A DNA stretch of 62,549 bases, the filler included, from Squatina squatina (lineage: Eukaryota): NCBI GenBank assembly GCA_031763465.1. It is 3 parts of 3 records of this genome, joined end to end, with 100 filler letters (N's around TTAATTAATTAA, not from the genome) between each part and the next. Parts side by side here need not be neighbours in the genome. Positions count along the whole stretch, not along the records: positions 17,302 to 45,198 come from JARFOE010000176.1; positions 45,299 to 62,549 come from JARFOE010000194.1; 1 more part is not named here. One strand, given 5' to 3'. The translations under genes were made by a program, and so were the position numbers. How positions within the stretch are numbered: position 1 is the first letter of the stretch; each line of letters starts with the position of its first letter. Shown here piece after piece: positions 38,494 through 51,200 of this stretch. Under the pieces are notes generated by a model. That model did no database searches. It was not told where the DNA came from and worked only from the letters and a program-made list of their open reading frames with translations.

Positions 38494-40136
38494 CTGCAAA
38501 GGAAAACAAAACAATTTAATTATGCTGTTGATATTTCAGACACTTATCAGGGAATCATTGGAGTGCAGAATAATTTCAATCCAAGAGACAAGAATAATTA
38601 ATTCTGTAGCTGCTCTGCATTCATTACAAGGACATATATTGGGATGCCCATAGTGAATCCCATGGTAGGGGCTCATGACAGAAGGGAGGGAAAAAAAGAT
38701 TTTCCTGCCTAAAACTGCTGAATGGCAGCTTGCAGAATCGTTTCTTAGCAGCACATCTGAGAAAAGATGCTTCTAATCACTTGTCAAAGCTGATGTTTCA
38801 GATAAAATGTACGGGCATTCAAAGTCTGTGAATTCAAAATTCAGTCCTTTGCCTTGAGTCTCGAGTTTGAGATGAGTGTTGAGATGAAAGTCTGCTGTCT
38901 CCGCCAGATGCCAGGATCCTAAATAAAAAGACCCACTCGATTTGGTGATTAACAAAGTTTTACTTTTCAATTTATAATCAATTGGCTGCTAGGTAGCCGT
39001 TTAATTTTTGACAGACACTTTCTTTGACCTAAAATGCCCCCAATATGGACCTCAACTGGGTACCAAATGTGTTCCTTCAACGGTTGCCAAAATCATCAAC
39101 AGTTTATTCTGACAACATCCTGGGGAGACAGTTCAACAGAAGATGGAATGGCTGAGACTGAGGTGTTTAATTATATAGCCTTAACAGCTGCATTGAGTCG
39201 ACACAAGAAAAGGGCTCGCCCTTCAATTCCCATCTAAAAGTAATTGTACTGCCACTGACATTTAATAGGTGCAATCACATTGACAAGGGCCTGAAATTGA
39301 TACGATTTAAAAGGGCCAGTTACCCCTTTCCCAGTGGCATCTCCAACAAAATGAAAGCACAAAAGCTAATTTTCAGGGAAAGCAAAATGTAAGGGCAGGT
39401 GCAGACGTGGTGACACGGAACTTCTGAAGCTCCAAAGTGTCATGTGGATCTCTGATATACAACCACAAATAAAATAAGACTGAGAATTCACTTTTCCAAT
39501 TATTCTTATCCAGAAATGTCAAGTTAAGACATTAGGGGTCGGGGCGGGGCAATTGGACACGCCCAAGCTGGGCACTGCATTCAGGGCCCCCTCGCCACAG
39601 GGGCACCATGCTGGCAGCACGTGTCGTTGACCCAGAATTGGTGACTTAGTCACCATTCCAGGTCAGCGCAACGTGGTAACGCAAGAAGTATTGCCACGAC
39701 GCTGATCCAGCCAATGCAGTGACACTGCCGGGTTGCGTTGGCAGCGGCGCTGGTGCCATACTGCCGGGGCCAGCGTGCATGCTTCAGCTGTGGCCCTGTC
39801 CCCTGCCTTAAAGAGGAGGGCCGCAGGTTGATGCAAGGGAGGCTAGCCCCGCTAACCAGAGTGCCTGGTTCAGGCGGCGAGAAATGCCAGCATGCCAGAG
39901 AACGTGCCGGCAAATGTGGCTAGTGGCAACACGGGCCGACTAGCCACCAGACATCGGCCAACAATGAAATCGATGCAAAAACATGGCGGCCGGCAGCACT
40001 GTCCTCGCGCCTTGAACCCAGCAGGNNNNNNNNNNNNNNNNNNNNNNNNNNNNNNNNNNNNNNNNNNNNNNNNNNNNNNNNNNNNNNNNNNNNNNNNNNN
40101 NNNNNNNNNNNNNNNNNNNNNNNNNTAAAGTCTAAC

Positions 40137-40332
40137 CTGCCAGCGTTAATGATAGAAGGATCAGATCCTGTGCAGATATCCTCCACAACATATGGATTTT
40201 CTTCACAGGAGGTATTTAATGACGTATAATTGGGCTTACACACTGTAAGAAAATATGGGGCATGGTACCCAGTTGACAGCTGAATAATGTCAGTGATGAG
40301 AGCGGTGGCACAAAGGCCAAACACATGAACTC
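40137..40332 (-). CDS. PLPPR4: PLPPR4 internal exon
   Basis: ag|[66 protein letters not shown]|gttag. Confidence 0.95.
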
Positions 40333-41347
40333 CTAAAACACTCAAGAGAAATCAAAAATAATTAGCATGACAGTTTTTATCTCCAGCTGCTAGTTCAGAA
40401 TCATAGGCTTTTTGTCCCAAATAGTGACAGATTAATGCCAAAAATATCAATGCTGCTAGAAAATACATGTACCATTAAGGAACATAATTAGCCCAATCAG
40501 TATACCAGAGAGAATTTGAGAGTTTTGGAACTGATGATGAACTGTGTAAAGTAGAACATACAGTTTCCACCAATATATTTTAACTGAATAATTTATTGCA
40601 TTAACACTTCCAGCAAATAGATTAATAATAAGCCCATGATTCTTATTATTAAAAGTTGGAATTGTAGTACTACATATAAACTCGACTAAAAAACTGGAAT
40701 TGTATTACACATAAAAGGTTTTACTTTTATTTATTTACATCTTAATCTACATATGCTACATTGGCATTCAGATATTTTTCCCTTTTAGTGCTGGTTCAAA
40801 TAATGGCTAAGGGACAGAAGCATGAGGATGTAAGCTAAATAGTTCTATGTAATATAATATATTCCGAGTGACCATTTAGGGTTAACCCTAACCCTAACTC
40901 TAATAGGGGAAGAGAACACAATTTCCACACCGTAAATATATTGTAAATACCTTTACATTACATAGGATAAACGGCACAGAAACTGGCCATTCGGCCCAAC
41001 CAGTCCATGCTGGCATTNNNNNNNNNNNNNNNNNNNNNNNNNNNNNNNNNNNNNNNNNNNNNNNNNNNNNNNNNNNNNNNNNNNNNNNNNNNNNNNNNNN
41101 NNNNNNNNNNNNNNNNNATACCAATTAGCCTTTAAAAAGTTCATGCGTGAAATCTCAGTCTCATGCGCAACGAAATTATAGGTCACACCTTCAGAATAAC
41201 AAGGAATTATGTATGATCTCAAAGACTTTAACTGACTTGATCAGCGGATACATATGGGAGGGCTTTGGAAAGGTCTCTAAAATCGATCATACATTAAATA
41301 TCATGTTTTAAACGTAAGATGCATTCATAATATCATAAAGTACAAAC

Positions 41348-41533
41348 CATAGCTGCAGGTCCAGCAAATGCCAAGCTAAGTAACATGAGGAAGGGAATGA
41401 TTTCCTGAGTGGGTTCAATATACGGCATGCTGAGTGTCCGGTCATGGCAGTTGAAGCCTGAGCGAACTGGTTTGAAGACATCAGTAAGCTCCAGGAAATA
41501 AAGGCTGACAATGGAGGAGGCCAGTATTGGCAG
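41348..41533 (-). CDS. PLPPR4: PLPPR4 exon 2
   Basis: ag|[62 protein letters not shown]|gt, near-identical to human. Confidence 0.95.
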
Positions 41534-42510
41534 CTGAGAAAAGAAAATGAGGGAAGACACTTCAGCTATGTACTGAGATATCACAAACAACCATTATTCC
41601 AGAAAATAATCTGAAGCCGATTAAATATCACAAGCTAAATGATTCACATATCACACATTACACGCAATACTTAAGAGTTTCGTTGTTTGCTATCGTTGTA
41701 GTACTCATCAAGAATAAAGGATTAAGATGATGAATCATAAAGCATCATGCAGTACAAATATTTATATACTTACATTTTTATACTAACAACAATATGCCAG
41801 TTTAAAGACTATTTGGGGAACTTAGAATGTGATGCACTACCTAGACTGCAGTATATTGAAAAGAATGGGAATACTGTACTGATTACATAGGTAAGCTTCC
41901 TTTGTAATATATTTAAGTAGTGATGTGATGATATGAATGTATGGAGGAAGCATTAACAATTTAAAGCAAATCACACTTATTCATGGCTGTTTTCAGCTTT
42001 CAGAAACCGTGCAATGATATCACCATTTTTTTGTTTATCAAACTGCTAATGACTTCAATTTGTCACTGGATGAGGTTTTACTTTTGGATTCCATTGGTTT
42101 GCCAGCAGAAGCCAAACCAATTACCGCACTCCATTATTGGAAGTCTATTAAAGCTATGGAAAAGGTATAACGAAGATTTGCTAGATTAATACCAGGAATG
42201 AGGGGTTATAATTACAAACAGTAATTAGGGCTTTTTTCAATAAGAAGGTTATGACTAATCTGATGAAGATTTATATTGCATTCCAAGAGGTCTTTAGGAT
42301 TATGAAGGGCTGTGGAAGGGTAAGCTGTGATAGATTTTCCTGAGCAATGGAAACAATGGTACTGAGAGCATCAATTTAAGATAATCAAAAAAGCAATTAA
42401 AAGGGATGGTNNNNNNNNNNNNNNNNNNNNNNNNNNNNNNNNNNNNNNNNNNNNNNNNNNNNNNNNNNNNNNNNNNNNNNNNNNNNNNNNNNNNNNNNNN
42501 NNNNNNNNNN

Positions 42511-43052
42511 ATCAATGAACTTTTAGGACATGTTGGGGGAAGCGGCGCGTCGCTTGGAAACTGCTGCTGCTGCAGTGTGTGTGTGTGTGTGTGGTGTGTG
42601 TCTAACCAGATGTTGAAGGCGCTGGCGAACATCAGTCCAGTGCACTGTAGACCCGGAGTGTTGGGGAGAGAGACAGACAGACAGAAGGAGGAGGAGGAGG
42701 GGACATCTCTCGCCGCTCTCACAGTCAAGGCTCGGAGCTGAACACGTTTCATTAATTTATTTGAGGCTTTGTTCGGCGACGGCGACTAACTGGTGACGGC
42801 GGTGGATGTACAATGTGCGGGCAGTCCGGTCCTTTTGAATGGATTAACCGCGTTAGCGAGGCGCTGGATGCGGAGATCTGCCGAACGAACCCTGCGAGTG
42901 ACTGGGGCGATAGTTGCCGCGCCTTTTGAATTGTGGATCAGACAGAAATTATACAACTACAAGAAAAGGATTTAAGATATATATATATGATTTATATATA
43001 ATTCAAGCACCCAACCACACCACCCATCATCCACCCGCTGTCCTCCACGACC
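42511..43052 (+). promoter_or_regulatory. CpG-enriched 5' region/UTR of PLPPR5
   Basis: Local CpG enrichment with (CTG)n, (GT)n and (GGA)n tracts directly upstream of the ATG. Confidence 0.5.
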
Positions 43053-43256
43053 ATGCTTTATTTCCAGTTGGTTATAATGGCAGGGACTGTCATGCTGGCA
43101 TATTACTTCGAGTACACCGACACTTTCAACGTCCACGTCCAGGGATTTTTCTGCCATGACGGCACCTACACCAAGCCCTACCCCGGACCCGATGAAAGCA
43201 GTGCCATTCCACCAGCTCTCCTCTATTCCCTGGTCGCCGGGGTCCCCCCTGTTATG
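43053..43256 (+). CDS. PLPPR5: Phospholipid phosphatase-related 5, coding exon 1
   Basis: MLYFQLVIMAGTVMLAYYFEYTDTFNVHVQGFFCHDGTYTKPYPGPDESSAIPPALLYSLVAGVPPVM|gtaagt; in-frame TAA upstream at 42999. Confidence 0.95.
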
Positions 43257-44097
43257 GTAAGTTTGCCTCTCGCAACATGTCATAGAATGATAGAGCGGGG
43301 GGGACGCGGAGGGGGGAGATAGTTCTTGCCCTGTGCCCCCCGAGCTGTCTTTTGATGTGCTCCGTGTATTGCGCCGTTCTGTTACATGCAAGTGCGTGTG
43401 TGTTGCTTAATTGTTATTATTATTATTAACATTTCGACCTGTATTTTGTATGGGGTACCGCTTTGGTAACGGGCATCTCAGATGAAATAGTAAATGTGCT
43501 CCTAATTTTATNNNNNNNNNNNNNNNNNNNNNNNNNNNNNNNNNNNNNNNNNNNNNNNNNNNNNNNNNNNNNNNNNNNNNNNNNNNNNNNNNNNNNNNNN
43601 NNNNNNNNNNNCAGTATTTAATGGGGCTTTCTATATTGCACAGGTTTGATACTCAAAAAATAATGGAGCTGGCAGCTGGTTGAATGAACTGCATCTTAAG
43701 TGACTGAACAGAGATGTGATGTGAAGATCAATGCAATGTTTCGGCAGCTAACAAGGCCAAGGAAGACTTTTATCCTATAACCTTGACTTTTAACCATCAG
43801 TTGATATTCAAGATACATACTCCGTCTCAGTCACCTCAGGGCAGAATTTAAATCTAAAAGAACAGGAGGAGAAGGGATTTGTCTGTAATGCATGCTGTCC
43901 ACCTTCAGAAACTAAAAAGCATTAATGCACTGCCAAGTGAGAGCATTTACTGTCATTTGGCCATTAAGATGCTCATACCCTGAGGGGATGGTAATGAACT
44001 GTAGTGTATTTAAAGGGCTTGACTGATGCATGAAGCCTCGAAATTGCTTTAACTATGTGGATGCATATGTACAACCCACTGAAGATATTCAGTGGTC

Positions 44098-44395
44098 TAC
44101 AAAATATAAATAAAAACAGAAAAAGCTGAAAAAGCTCAGCCGGTTTGGTGGGTAGCATCTGTGGAGAGAGGAACAGAGTTAAGGTTTCAGCTTGATGACC
44201 CTTCGTCAGAACTGGAAAAAAGTAAGAAATGAAAGCAGGTTTTTAAAGAAATGCAGGGGCGGGGAAAGCGGGGAGGGGAGGAAAGAACAAAAGGGAAGGT
44301 CTGTGATAGGGTGGAAGGCAGGAAATACTGAGAGACGTCAGGAGATGGTGGAAGACAAACAGTGATAATAGATAAGAAATCGAGATAAGAAATAA
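44098..44395 (-). mobile_element. Penelope-like element terminal repeat with degenerate hammerhead core
   Basis: AAAACAGAAAAAGCTG..GCATCTGTGGAGAGAG..; shorter copy at 18558-18610; minus strand has CTGACGA..GAAAC. Confidence 0.6.
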
Positions 44396-44762
44396 NNNNN
44401 NNNNNNNNNNNNNNNNNNNNNNNNNNNNNNNNNNNNNNNNNNNNNNNNNNNNNNNNNNNNNNNNNNNNNNNNNNNNNNNNNNNNNNNNNNNNNNNTTCAC
44501 CACCTGAGAAATGCTTCTTGCACAAAAAGACAACATGACATTATCTGATCGGGACACAGAAGCAAAACACAGCAATCAAATAATCAAGAGCAACTCCAAA
44601 TCTGGAATAACTTTTAAATAGCAAGTGTGTTTAGCCAAGTTGAACTTCAAGTAAAAATTGTGCATTTAATTTTTTTTTAATGCGAATTTGCTATTTTGTT
44701 TGAGATTTTAGATCAAAGAGATTGTGTTTTCTAACTACAGTTTGGCATCTTTTCTTTCACAG

Positions 44763-45016
44763 GAGTTTATGCATTTGGACTTTTTGCCACTGATATTTTT
44801 GTAAATGCTGGACAAGTGGTGACGGGAAATCTAGCCCCCCATTTTCTCACCGTCTGTAAACCCAATTACACAGCTCTGGGCTGTCACCATGAATCTGTGC
44901 AATTCATCAACAGCGAAGAAGCCTGCACTGGTAACATAGATGCCATTACAAAAGCCAGGAAAACCTTTCCATCCAAAGAGGCAGCTTTAAGTGTGTATGC
45001 AGCAGTATATCTGGCA
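44763..45016 (+). CDS. PLPPR5: PLPPR5 internal exon
   Basis: ttcacag|[62 protein letters not shown]|gtaagt. Confidence 0.95.
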
Positions 45017-45198
45017 GTAAGTAAATTTGTTGAATCCTATCATTATTCCTGTTAACTCCAATGATTTTTTTGAAAGTGTATTCATCAGCTCAAGCGATCA
45101 CTGGAAATTACCGAAGGTGGCTGCAAATAGCTCTAAGTGTACAGCAAAACAGTGGTCAACAAATGGAAAAACTACAGGAAGAGTTATGCCATTGTGTA

Positions 45199-45298
45199 NN
45201 NNNNNNNNNNNNNNNNNNNNNNNNNNNNNNNNNNNNNNNNNNTTAATTAATTAANNNNNNNNNNNNNNNNNNNNNNNNNNNNNNNNNNNNNNNNNNNN
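45199..45298. other. Artificial scaffold linker
   Basis: 44 N + TTAATTAATTAA (45243-45254) + 44 N. Confidence 0.95.
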
Positions 45299-48200
45299 AA
45301 AGATCCAGTAATTAGATTTTAAGATTTTTTTTCATTTAATCTGTACACCTATGTGGTTGTGCATTCTTTTAGCTTTTAACTCATGTTTCCATTGTGATTC
45401 TTTGCTTCTTTTGGAATTTTTCAGTATGATTTTCTAGGGTACAGTTCTTTTTTTATGGAGCAGGAAACAAAGCTTTTTGTAGCCTTTTTACTATTATATC
45501 TAAACATACAGTTTGAATTGAGACTTTAAACATTTTTTTCATGAAAACTAATGTGGAATGAATGAATTTCAGAATCGGATTGCAAAGACTCCTACCAAGT
45601 AAATTCACTGGTCTCTATATCTCAGTTTTAGCCCAGAACTACAGTATGTCCTTTTAAATAAAATGTATTATCTGGAACCTTAGTGGCTTGAAAAGCATGA
45701 AGCACTACCAGGTTGTCAGTAGTGTTACAACTTGTTTTTATTTTATAAATCTCTTGTGGCTTTAAGGTTCATACTGTACAGAAGGGCAAATAAAACCCAT
45801 TCAGCATAGGCAGTAGTAAACTCCTGTTGTATTTCACAATTCTACAATTTGAGTTGCAAAGTTAATAATGTTCCTACTCTATGGATGCCAATGTAAGATT
45901 TTAAGTGTCCAAGTGGCAATACACTATTTTGTTGCTGTCTTCGAAAGTCAGCATAACCCTAGTGTGCAAGTTAATGGTGGTGTTATGCACTGAGATAACT
46001 GCACTGCATGTAAGGTTTCCACTACTGACCAGCATTCACACTTAAACATTTGCACACGTAAGGGCTAAAAATTAACCTNNNNNNNNNNGGTGGCCCAAGG
46101 GAGTTATTGCATGTGAATAGAACCAAACCAGTGTTAGTGTCACATCCAGTCAATGCTTAAAGTAGTCGCCTAATGTAAAATGTAAAATTGAACCCACAGG
46201 TGGGAACACTAGTACAGGATACTAGCTGGTAACACATAATTTGACATGACACTAATTCAGCACTTTGCTTTCCCTGTAAATGAACACTAACCCAAAAATT
46301 TGAATCGGTTAACATTTGTGACAAATCTACTGAATTTATTATGCCTTGACATCTGCATTTTTGGTTTTATTGTAGTTTCTGACAATTAGTTAAATTTAAA
46401 AAGGAATAGCATTTTAGGAAAACAATTAAGATTTCTTCCTCCCACCTAAATTCAGTCACTTTATTCAGACTTTTCAAAATCAGCTTTACTTTTCAAACCT
46501 ATTTTCTAAGGCTTTGGTACCATGAACGTTTACCTGGGGAAAAAGGTCAAAAGTCTTCTGCAAAAAGGCACATGGTTCTCCGAAGACTTTCATTGAATTT
46601 GACTTTAGTTAACTTACCAGCCAGTGAATCAGGAATTGAAGTGTAAACAGGCTAAAGCATTGGTCTCCACAATGATTAAACCTTTGAACCATGAAAGGAA
46701 GTTCCTTATGATTGGAATGCCTATCCTATTCAGTTTGGAACTCTACCTAGGGTCAAGTCACCTTCGCTTAATAGTATTTGTTGCACTATTAGTGCAAAGC
46801 TCTTGTGCAATTGAAAGGATAATGGAGAGATTACAGTTTTTGAAGTAAATTATCTCAAAAACACAGTCTGTGGCTTAAACATAGAAATTTATTGGTTTTA
46901 ATGTGCTAGCATCTATCATTTCTCCAAATTTCAGCAGTATCTTCCCTGCTTCAAACTTTACCTGACCCTATATTGCAATAGGAGGCATCAGTTCATGTAA
47001 CAAATTAATTCGGTCTTTCTTAATCTGTCACTTAAATCATTTGATCTCCAATTCAAAAAGAAAAACTAAACAATTATGTTGTTATGACTGAAAATGCAGA
47101 TGTCTATTCCAGCCTTTGCCAAAATCTGATTTGTTTCAAAAGTAGAATCTGATTGCCTTAAGACACTTAAGCAACAGCCAACCATTATGTTGGAAGAACA
47201 GGCGGTGTAGTGTAGCTTTTCTTAGGTACAGTATATCAGATTCATACACTTTACTGTTGTGCACCTTCTTTTCTACTATATTAGCCCAACACTGTCATGA
47301 TAATTATTTTATATTTGTTTATATAATTTTATTAATTGAAGCTAAGATCTCAAACTAATGTGTGTACAATAGCTATGCATAACAAATTATCAATAGTTTA
47401 TTTGCTCTATTATGCTAATTGTTCTAATAATATCCTGACATATTATGGAGACATACAGCTTGTAACAGCATCTTTCACAAATAAAGAATATTGTGCTATC
47501 TTCTCCATGCAGTGCATTCTGGATAGAATAGAATAGCACCTTGATGGATATGTTCTTGATAGAAATGGCATGCAGTACCTTTTAATATCCACATCAATGC
47601 TGGCAATAGACATGTGCTATATAGAATCATGGGCCACAAAATATGGCTCAGTAACGCCCAGCGATTGGGCTCTACAAGTGTCGTTTATGTTCCAAAATCG
47701 TGTCCGCAGTGCACATGTACCGTTCTGCGCTGGATGCCATCTTGGGCAGGTCATTAGCGCTTGTGCAGGGCACGTGCACCGGAAGTGTGCAGAGTAGATC
47801 GACTGTGATGTCAATCAGCCTGCAATGCTGATTTGACACAGCATTGCCATTTTGGAGCTCAACACTCCAGCTAATGCTCTCCCTTNNNNNNNNNNNNNNN
47901 NNNNNNNNNNNNNNNNNNNNNNNNNNNNNNNNNNNNNNNNNNNNNNNNNNNNNNNNNNNNNNNNNNNNNNNNNNNNNNNNNNNNNTGTGACTACTGTAGA
48001 CCAAAAAAACTTTAATTTCACTATTTACCCAATCATATTCCATTTAATTTATTTTAAAACTCATGATGGGAAAAGCATATAGTAACTTTAAAAGATGTCC
48101 TGAGAGCATTATAAATAAAAAAAAAGTGAAAAATTTGAGACTGCAGTTGCAAAAATATGAAGGAAGATGAGGTTTGGTTGCTCACAGATTATTGTAGATT

Positions 48201-51200
48201 AGTGGGTAAAACCATTTCTTGACTTTTCTCTTACATTCTCACTCTTTTTTTCTTGCAGCTACTGTTTCTTTTTTTTTTAATAATCTGCTTTTTTTATTTT
48301 TTTATAAGCAGTTTATCTCCATTTAAGATGAAAATTTATCACAGATGGTGTATAGTTTTTTTTTGTTTTGTTACGGAAAGCACTGGACAAGTTTGACATC
48401 TCCTTTAATAATGGGTGATGTACAATGATTTTGATTGCTTGCTGAATGTTTTTTATTCCTAATTATAAAACACTAGGATGGTTTTGCATCTTCCATATTT
48501 TATGCAAAAACATATATGTGCCCTATACTTAAAAAAAAAGCTCTAGGTGGCATTTTTCTATGTTTTGTGGAAAATAATCCTTTTGAATGGTAGGAAAATA
48601 TTTTTTGTTGTGTACTATTTTATATTTTTAAAATGATACATTTATTGGTATAAGACTGTTTTGGTGAAGGAATTAAATGAAAACAAAGTCTGCCCTTAAG
48701 AATGCTGCAGTAACCTGTTTTGAAACTAATTATTGATGTGTGTTCAGTTGGTTTTTGTCTGTTTATTGTTACAACAGTTTGTATTTACTGCTGTTCCTCT
48801 GATGACTAATTAGGGGTTTTTAAGGGCGTTTTTTGATTTGTCAAACACACTGGATTGTGAGTCTTTTGTAACGTGTAGGACTATTTTTGTGATACAAAAA
48901 GCAGCACTGTCTCGAGCTGTTCCTTTTCACTGCCATCGCCCCTTGAATATAAAATAATGGATTTGAAAACTGGGCAGAGTATTGAAAGGGACAAACTGGA
49001 GATATTTAATGTACACCTGTATGGGGAGACTAAAGCTCTTTGTTAGTGGCACATGTTCTATTTTAGCTTTTTACAAGCTTCTCTTGAGCACTAATATAAG
49101 GATTTTGCTTGGCTTTCCTTGTTTGGGTCAGAAAGATCTATACAAGTTATAAAAGAAATCCTTCAAAAATGATATCGCCAATCATACACACAATTAATTG
49201 CACACCTAATAAGTATTATACAAATTTATAAAACTTTTAATCTCATAATTAAATGCAGATAGTAGTGCACCTAAAAACATGTATATGTAATACCGACAAT
49301 TAATAGAATTGTTTCTGCTTAATCTTGATTCTCTGAGACATAAAATAGGTGCCTATAATTCTGTAGAAATTCTGGTGCAAACTTATTATTGTTCCCTGAG
49401 TATTCAGTGTTGCACATATGCCTTTCCACTTCTATAACATATACATTAAGTCTATGTGCCTTCTGTTTTTATTTCTATTATATTGACATTTGAATGGTGA
49501 AAATCAGAATAAGAGCTTTCAAACCATTCCAAATAAAGGTTTGTCTTGTTCTAGAGCCCAGCCTTCTTCCAACAAAACAGCATTCAGACTTNNNNNNNNN
49601 NNNNNNNNNNNNNNNNNNNNNNNNNNNNNNNNNNNNNNNNNNNNNNNNNNNNNNNNNNNNNNNNNNNNNNNNNNNNNNNNNNNNNNNNNNNTGGTCTTTT
49701 GGAGAGATTGAAGAAATACACCAGCGTAAGTCACGAGTATCTGGTCCAGATCACAAGGGGTTGTTGTTGCTACATCCCTGGGTTATGCCATCGAACAAGT
49801 AGATTTTGGGCAGTGAGAGTCAATTCCCCTAAGATGTTCAGACCACTTAAGGGAGTGACTGACACCACTTAACCCAAGATGGCATCTGTGGAAAACCAAA
49901 ACTGATAATGTCTCAGCAACTTACTGAATAAATTCACGAAAATATTAATGAGCCAATGTAGATAGTAGTAGAATTGCTCAGAATTGTTGAAAGCCGACAG
50001 TTGATATTTCCTTTCACCCTGGAATGGAACCGCTAAATCCTAACATTGGAGCAGCCTGCAGCCCGTCAGGTGGAAGAGCGGATGTTTTGTTGAGACACTA
50101 AAAATAAATATAAATATTACCTTGTTTGATAGTGTGATATAACAGGCTGAACCTATTTTTGTTGACATAATTCTATTGAATGAATTAAAGTGCATTTTAC
50201 TTCTGAATTTCTATGGTAGAACATCCATGTTGCCTTTGGTATACACTTGCTGCTATTCATTCTGAACACTCAGCACCAGTAAAAACATAGTTGTGCAAGT
50301 GTAGTGGACATTCTGTATTTGGGAACTATCTGGGCTAACCGACTTCTAAAGTTGCATTGGCATCATTAAAAAGTAATATTCTTAGGTCTTCATTAGTGTG
50401 CCTGCTCTATACTCATGGTCATAGTGCTCTTCCTAACAAACACNNNNNNNNNNNNNNNNNNNNNNNNNNNNNNNNNNNNNNNNNNNNNNNNNNNNNNNNN
50501 NNNNNNNNNNNNNNNNNNNNNNNNNNNNNNNNNNNNNNNNNNNTACCTTTGTATTTGTAGTCAAGGACCAAGAAACTGGATAAGAAGGCCTGTGAACCAA
50601 TTAGCCGGAAAAAGGCTGCAACATTGGTTTTCATTTGATTTTCCACAAGCCCAGCTTCAACTATGCTATCCATCAGAAGTGCCAAATAAGGCCAGGCACT
50701 TGCCCACAGGGATGGAAGTACCGTTTAGAAGTCTGTTACATTAGCAGAGATCTGGATGGAAGTTGTCTGCATGCTCTTTTGGCCAGAGAATAGTGCATAG
50801 AGAGGGGGGTGGGAAATAGTTGCACTCCAAATTGGCATGTGTCCATGTAGGACAGGCCATGAACAAGGCCTCTGGTTTGTTTTTTGTGAGAAATGGACAC
50901 TATCTTTATCAATGTAATATTTCAAAAATATTACAAAAGCAAAAAGAAACTCCTGAAATAAACACAGCTTTGTTTTGAATCATAGCACCTTGGATTGAAA
51001 TGCCATCAGAATGTGTACCTTTCAAGCCATCTTCTCACTTACAAATATAACTTTTACAGACAAAGCAGAAGACAGAGAATTCGGCTTAGAAAATGCATAT
51101 CCTGATGTCGCTCCAAGGTGAATTATGTACTGGTAAAGTATTCAGTTAAATGTGTGACTGTATTCTCAGTGTATAATTTGATACTTCACTATAATCCTGT

